A stretch of 64,000 bases of DNA from Thiohalorhabdus sp. (GTDB lineage Bacteria > Pseudomonadota > Gammaproteobacteria > Thiohalorhabdales > Thiohalorhabdaceae): contig NZ_JAZKRM010000011.1 of assembly GCF_036628635.1 (NCBI RefSeq), positions 3,468 to 67,467 of the forward strand. Direction: 5' to 3'. Positions 60,973-64,000 of this stretch are shown one piece after another (position 1 is the first letter of the stretch; each line of letters opens with the position of its first letter). The notes under the pieces were generated by a model. That model was not told where the DNA came from. It made no database searches and saw nothing but the letters and a program-made list of their open reading frames with translations. A program made the translations under genes and the position numbers.

Positions 60973-61048
60973 CGATCGCTCCCTATCCACTCTTCTCGCC
61001 AATCCGTCATCCATCCTACCGACCAATGATTTTGACCATCATCGGGGT

Positions 61049-61855
61049 TCAAGATTCCTTTTCGGGCTCTGAGCTCCCGCAGGCGTTATCGGCCAGCCGG
61101 ATGTAATCGGCCACGCTGAGCGTTTCGGCTCTGGCCCCGGGATCGATGCCCGCCGCGCCGATGCGCTCGGGGCCGCAGAGCCCCTTGAGGGCATTGCGCA
61201 AGGTCTTGCGGCGGGCTTGAAAGGCCCGCGCCACCACGGCGCTGAAGGCGGCTTGGTCGCGGGGGCGGGGTGCATCGGCGGGGTTCGGGCGGAGCCGGAC
61301 CATCGCCGAGGTCACCTTCGGCTCCGGGTAGAATGCACCCGGTGGCACCTGAAATAAAGGGGTCACCTGGCACTGCGTCTGAACCATCACCGACAGCCGG
61401 CCATAGGTTTTCGAGCCCGGCTGGGCGGCCAAGCGCTCAACCACTTCGCGCTGAAGCATGAAGTGCATATCGACCATAGCCGGCAACTGGGAAAAAAGGT
61501 GGAAGAGCAGGGGGCTGGATATGTTGTAAGGGAGATTCCCCACCACCCGCAGCGGCCCGCCTCGGGCCTTCCCCAAAGCGGCGAAGTCGAACGCCAGGGC
61601 ATCGGCCACGTGCACCGTAAGCTCCCCGGTCGTGGCGAGGGTTTCCAGCTCCGGTGCCAGGTCGCGGTCCACCTCCACAGCGTCGAGCCTGTCCACCCGC
61701 TCCAGCAGGGCGCGTGTCAGCGCCCCCCGTCCCGGGCCGATCTCCACCAGGGGTTCGCCCGGCTGCGGGTCAATGGCGTCGACAATCTTCCCAACGATGT
61801 TGGCATCGTTCAGGAAGTTCTGGCCGAAGCGCTTGCTGGGGCGGTGGTCGGGCAT
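61049..61855 (-). CDS. rsmA: 16S rRNA (adenine1518/1519-N6)-dimethyltransferase
   Basis: KRFGQNFL, EIGPGRGALT and GNLPYNISSP. Confidence 0.95.
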   Translation of the reverse strand: MPDHRPSKRFGQNFLNDANIVGKIVDAIDPQPGEPLVEIGPGRGALTRALLERVDRLDAVEVDRDLAPELETLATTGELTVHVADALAFDFAALGKARGGPLRVVGNLPYNISSPLLFHLFSQLPAMVDMHFMLQREVVERLAAQPGSKTYGRLSVMVQTQCQVTPLFQVPPGAFYPEPKVTSAMVRLRPNPADAPRPRDQAAFSAVVARAFQARRKTLRNALKGLCGPERIGAAGIDPGARAETLSVADYIRLADNACGSSEPEKES

Positions 61856-61909
61856 AACTCACTAAATGGGGGCGGGGCCCGGAAAAGGCAAGAGGGAGGA
61901 CCGGATTAC

Positions 61910-62043
61910 CCGCAGAGACGCAGAGGCCGCTGAGAAAGCCAAAATGGCTAGAAGGTTGCCCGTTTGAAAGGCGATCTCTGCGTTGCGATTTTGCCGCTCC
62001 GCTATTGTCGAACTTGTTTTCTGCGCCCTCTGCGTCTCTGCGG
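61910..62043. repeat. perfect 17-bp inverted repeat (CCGCAGAGACGCAGAGG / CCTCTGCGTCTCTGCGG) bracketing ~100 nt
   Basis: Arms at 61910-61926 and 62027-62043. A partial third copy (TCTCTGCG) lies near 61975. The element fills the pdxA-rsmA intergenic gap. Confidence 0.85.
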
Positions 62044-62044
62044 T

Positions 62045-63052
62045 TCACCCGCTTTCAGCCCAGGCCCGCGTCCGGTTGGTGGCTAGCTCGCGCGCCAGGA
62101 CCAAGGCCTGGCGGAAGCTGCCAGGATCGGCGTAGCCGGTGCCGGCCAGGTCGAAGGCGGTGCCGTGATCCACCGAGGTGCGCACGAAGGGCAGGCCCAG
62201 GGTGACATTCACGGCGGTGCCGAAGGCGCGCTGCTTGAGGGGGGTTAGGCCCTGGTCGTGGTACATGGCAACGATGGCATGGCAGCTTGCCGTCTGGGCC
62301 GGGGTAAAAGCGGTATCGGCGGCCAAGGGGCCGACGACGGTGGCGGTTTCGGCTAGCTCGTGGCGCAGACGTTCCAGGGCCGGAGCGATCACCCGGGTCT
62401 CCTCCTGGCCTAGCTGGCCGCCCTCGCCGGCGTGCGGGTTCAGACCGGTCACGAGGAGCCGGGGCCGATCAATGGCGAAGTCCCGGCGCAGGGCAGCGAC
62501 GGTGATTCCCACACAGCGCTCCACCCGCTCGGCAGTGACGGCGTCGGGCACTTCCCGTAGGGGCAGGTGGGTAGTCACTAAGGCCACCCGGAGATCGCCG
62601 CCGACCAGCATCATGACAGGGGAAGTCGCCCCCGCCCGCTGGGCCAGATACTCGGTATGGCCGGTGAAGGGGGTCGCGCTGCCCCGGGTGATGATTTCCT
62701 TGTTTAGGGGCCCGGTGACCAGGGCACCGCAGTGGCCTTGCCGCACCGCGTTACTGGCCCGATCCAGGGCCCGCAGCAGGCTGGGGGCATTGGCGGGCTC
62801 CGGTCGGCCCGGGGCAACCAGCTCGGCATGGGGGACCGGACAGATCGGCAGGGCGGCGTCGGGCAGGGCTTGGCCCGGCTGCCACTCCCGCATGGGGATC
62901 CGCCGACCCAGCTCGCGGGTCCGGCGCTCCAGCTGGTCCGGATCGCCGAAGACCACGAGCCGGCCGCAGGGCAGGTCGTCGGCGGCGGTGAGCACCAGGT
63001 CCGGGCCGATACCGGCCGGTTCGCCGGGGGTGACGGCTAGAGGCAAGCTCAT
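62045..63052 (-). CDS. pdxA: 4-hydroxythreonine-4-phosphate dehydrogenase
   Basis: PGEPAGIGPDL, TGPLNK, FTGHTEYL and VRTSVDHGTAFD. Confidence 0.95.
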   Translation of the reverse strand: MSLPLAVTPGEPAGIGPDLVLTAADDLPCGRLVVFGDPDQLERRTRELGRRIPMREWQPGQALPDAALPICPVPHAELVAPGRPEPANAPSLLRALDRASNAVRQGHCGALVTGPLNKEIITRGSATPFTGHTEYLAQRAGATSPVMMLVGGDLRVALVTTHLPLREVPDAVTAERVERCVGITVAALRRDFAIDRPRLLVTGLNPHAGEGGQLGQEETRVIAPALERLRHELAETATVVGPLAADTAFTPAQTASCHAIVAMYHDQGLTPLKQRAFGTAVNVTLGLPFVRTSVDHGTAFDLAGTGYADPGSFRQALVLARELATNRTRAWAESG

Positions 63053-63324
63053 TGCCGGTTTTCGCTGTTGGGGTTATAGGCGTTGAGGAGGCGAATGTAG
63101 CTGTCCACGTCGTCCTTGCGCAGCTGCTTGGGTGGTTCCGCCAGAACCTCCACCTCCACGTGGCGGTTGGCCAGATCCACCACCAGCCGGTCGCCCGCCT
63201 TGATGTCGTCGCCGGCTTTGGCTGGCTGGCCGTTGCGCGTGATGCAGCCGGCCTCCGCGGCTTCCTTGGCCAGGGGCCGACGTTTGATCAGGCGGGTGAT
63301 CTTAAGAAAGAGGTCGAGGCGCAT
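63049..63324 (-). CDS. small S4-domain RNA-binding protein (91 aa)
   Basis: MRLDLFLKITRLIKRRPLAKEA...GDRLVV is an S4 (alpha-L) motif. ATGA overlap with the pdxA start. The ORF extension to 63375 lies in AT-rich repeat sequence and is discounted. Confidence 0.7.
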   Translation of the reverse strand: MRLDLFLKITRLIKRRPLAKEAAEAGCITRNGQPAKAGDDIKAGDRLVVDLANRHVEVEVLAEPPKQLRKDDVDSYIRLLNAYNPNSENRQ

Positions 63325-63334
63325 AGCGGTTGTT

Positions 63335-63447
63335 TTAAGTGTTAAGTAATTAAGTATTAAGGAAAAGCAAAACAAACAGCGTTTGCTCTTTCCCGAACCT
63401 GTTGCCTCTCTGGCTTAACCACTTAATACTTAAGTACTTAATTACTT
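63335..63447. repeat. AT-rich palindromic element: 4x TTAAGT/G (7-8 nt spacing) facing 3-4x ACTTAA across a ~56-nt spacer
   Basis: TTAAGT at 63335, 63342 and 63350, plus TTAAGG at 63357. ACTTAA at 63421, 63428 and 63436. The right arm overlaps the surA stop codon. Local GC is far below the window average. Confidence 0.85.
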
Positions 63448-64000
63448 GCCTCCTGGTCGTCCAGCCGGATGTCCACGAACGCCTGCGCCCGCAGCCGCCG
63501 CTGCCACTGCTCCATGCGCTCACGCGTTTTGCGGTTGCGCAAGGCCTGTCGCGCCTGTTTGCGCTCTTTTTCGGAGTCGATGGCGCGCTCCCGGGTCTCC
63601 AGGACCTGGGCGATGTGCACGCCGAATTGGGTCCGGACCGGGCCGCCGATCTCACCTTCGGACAGGGAGAAGAGGGCCTCCTCGAACTCGGGTGCCATTT
63701 CGCCTCGGCTTACCCAGCCCAGGTTGCCCCCCTCCCCGCTGGATGGCCCTTCGGAGAACTGGCGGGCCAACTGGGCGAAGCTGGCGCCCTGTTCGAGTCG
63801 GCGCTTGATCTGCGCGGCGCGGGCCCTGGCCTGCTGTGGTGAGCGGCCCGAGTCGGTGCGCAGGAGGATGTGTCGGGCTTTAACCTGGGTTTCCCGGGCG
63901 CTCTCCGTGCGGCGGCGTTCGGTGACCCGGAAGACGTGGAAGCCGCTGGGGGTTCGAACCACCCGGGACAGGTGACCCGGCTCCACCGCCTCCACCTCGG
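63438..64000 (-). CDS. surA: periplasmic chaperone/PPIase SurA (C-terminal part; gene continues beyond the window)
   Basis: Parvulin domain (ARHILL, GGNLGWVSRGEMAPEFEEA, GPVRTQFGVHI) and a C-terminal helix. Confidence 0.85.
   Translation of the reverse strand, partial: EVEAVEPGHLSRVVRTPSGFHVFRVTERRRTESARETQVKARHILLRTDSGRSPQQARARAAQIKRRLEQGASFAQLARQFSEGPSSGEGGNLGWVSRGEMAPEFEEALFSLSEGEIGGPVRTQFGVHIAQVLETRERAIDSEKERKQARQALRNRKTRERMEQWQRRLRAQAFVDIRLDDQEASN

Overview
High-GC (about 65%) chromosomal window that looks like a sulfur-oxidising gammaproteobacterium; the Ectothiorhodospiraceae-like assignment is inference only. I call about 60 protein-coding genes. I saw no rRNA, tRNA or CRISPR array by eye. 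Recognisable blocks are listed here. (1) Housekeeping: surA-(S4 gene)-pdxA-rsmA and clpS-clpA-aat on the minus strand. (2) fccAB flavocytochrome c sulfide dehydrogenase. (3) tesA/ybbA/ybbP. (4) An RND efflux pair. (5) selO, uup, bcp, a TonB-dependent receptor and a NaChBac-type channel. The most interesting loci are: (a) A CarH/LitR-like regulator (Wx9EH present, lower-axial His replaced). It precedes a translationally coupled lipid-modification operon of desaturase, FAD oxidase, DUF1365, CFA synthase, DUF2878, DUF1295 and a second methyltransferase. (b) A CHAD-domain protein translationally coupled to a ParA-like ATPase, a possible polyphosphate-granule positioning module. (c) An orphan 388-aa protein with a degenerate HIT-like motif next to an IS remnant. 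(d) A 590-nt gene-free, hairpin-rich gap at 7238-7828 that I could not assign. (e) An octanucleotide tandem repeat that sets the reading frame of a decaying GST gene. (f) Two unusual intergenic repeat elements in the surA-pdxA-rsmA block. The window also carries an unusually high load of decayed genes: a truncated GGDEF, an EAL stub, a GST, a globin with an in-frame TAA, an AI-2E transporter and a DUF3108. All family assignments come from reading the translations; no database search was run.
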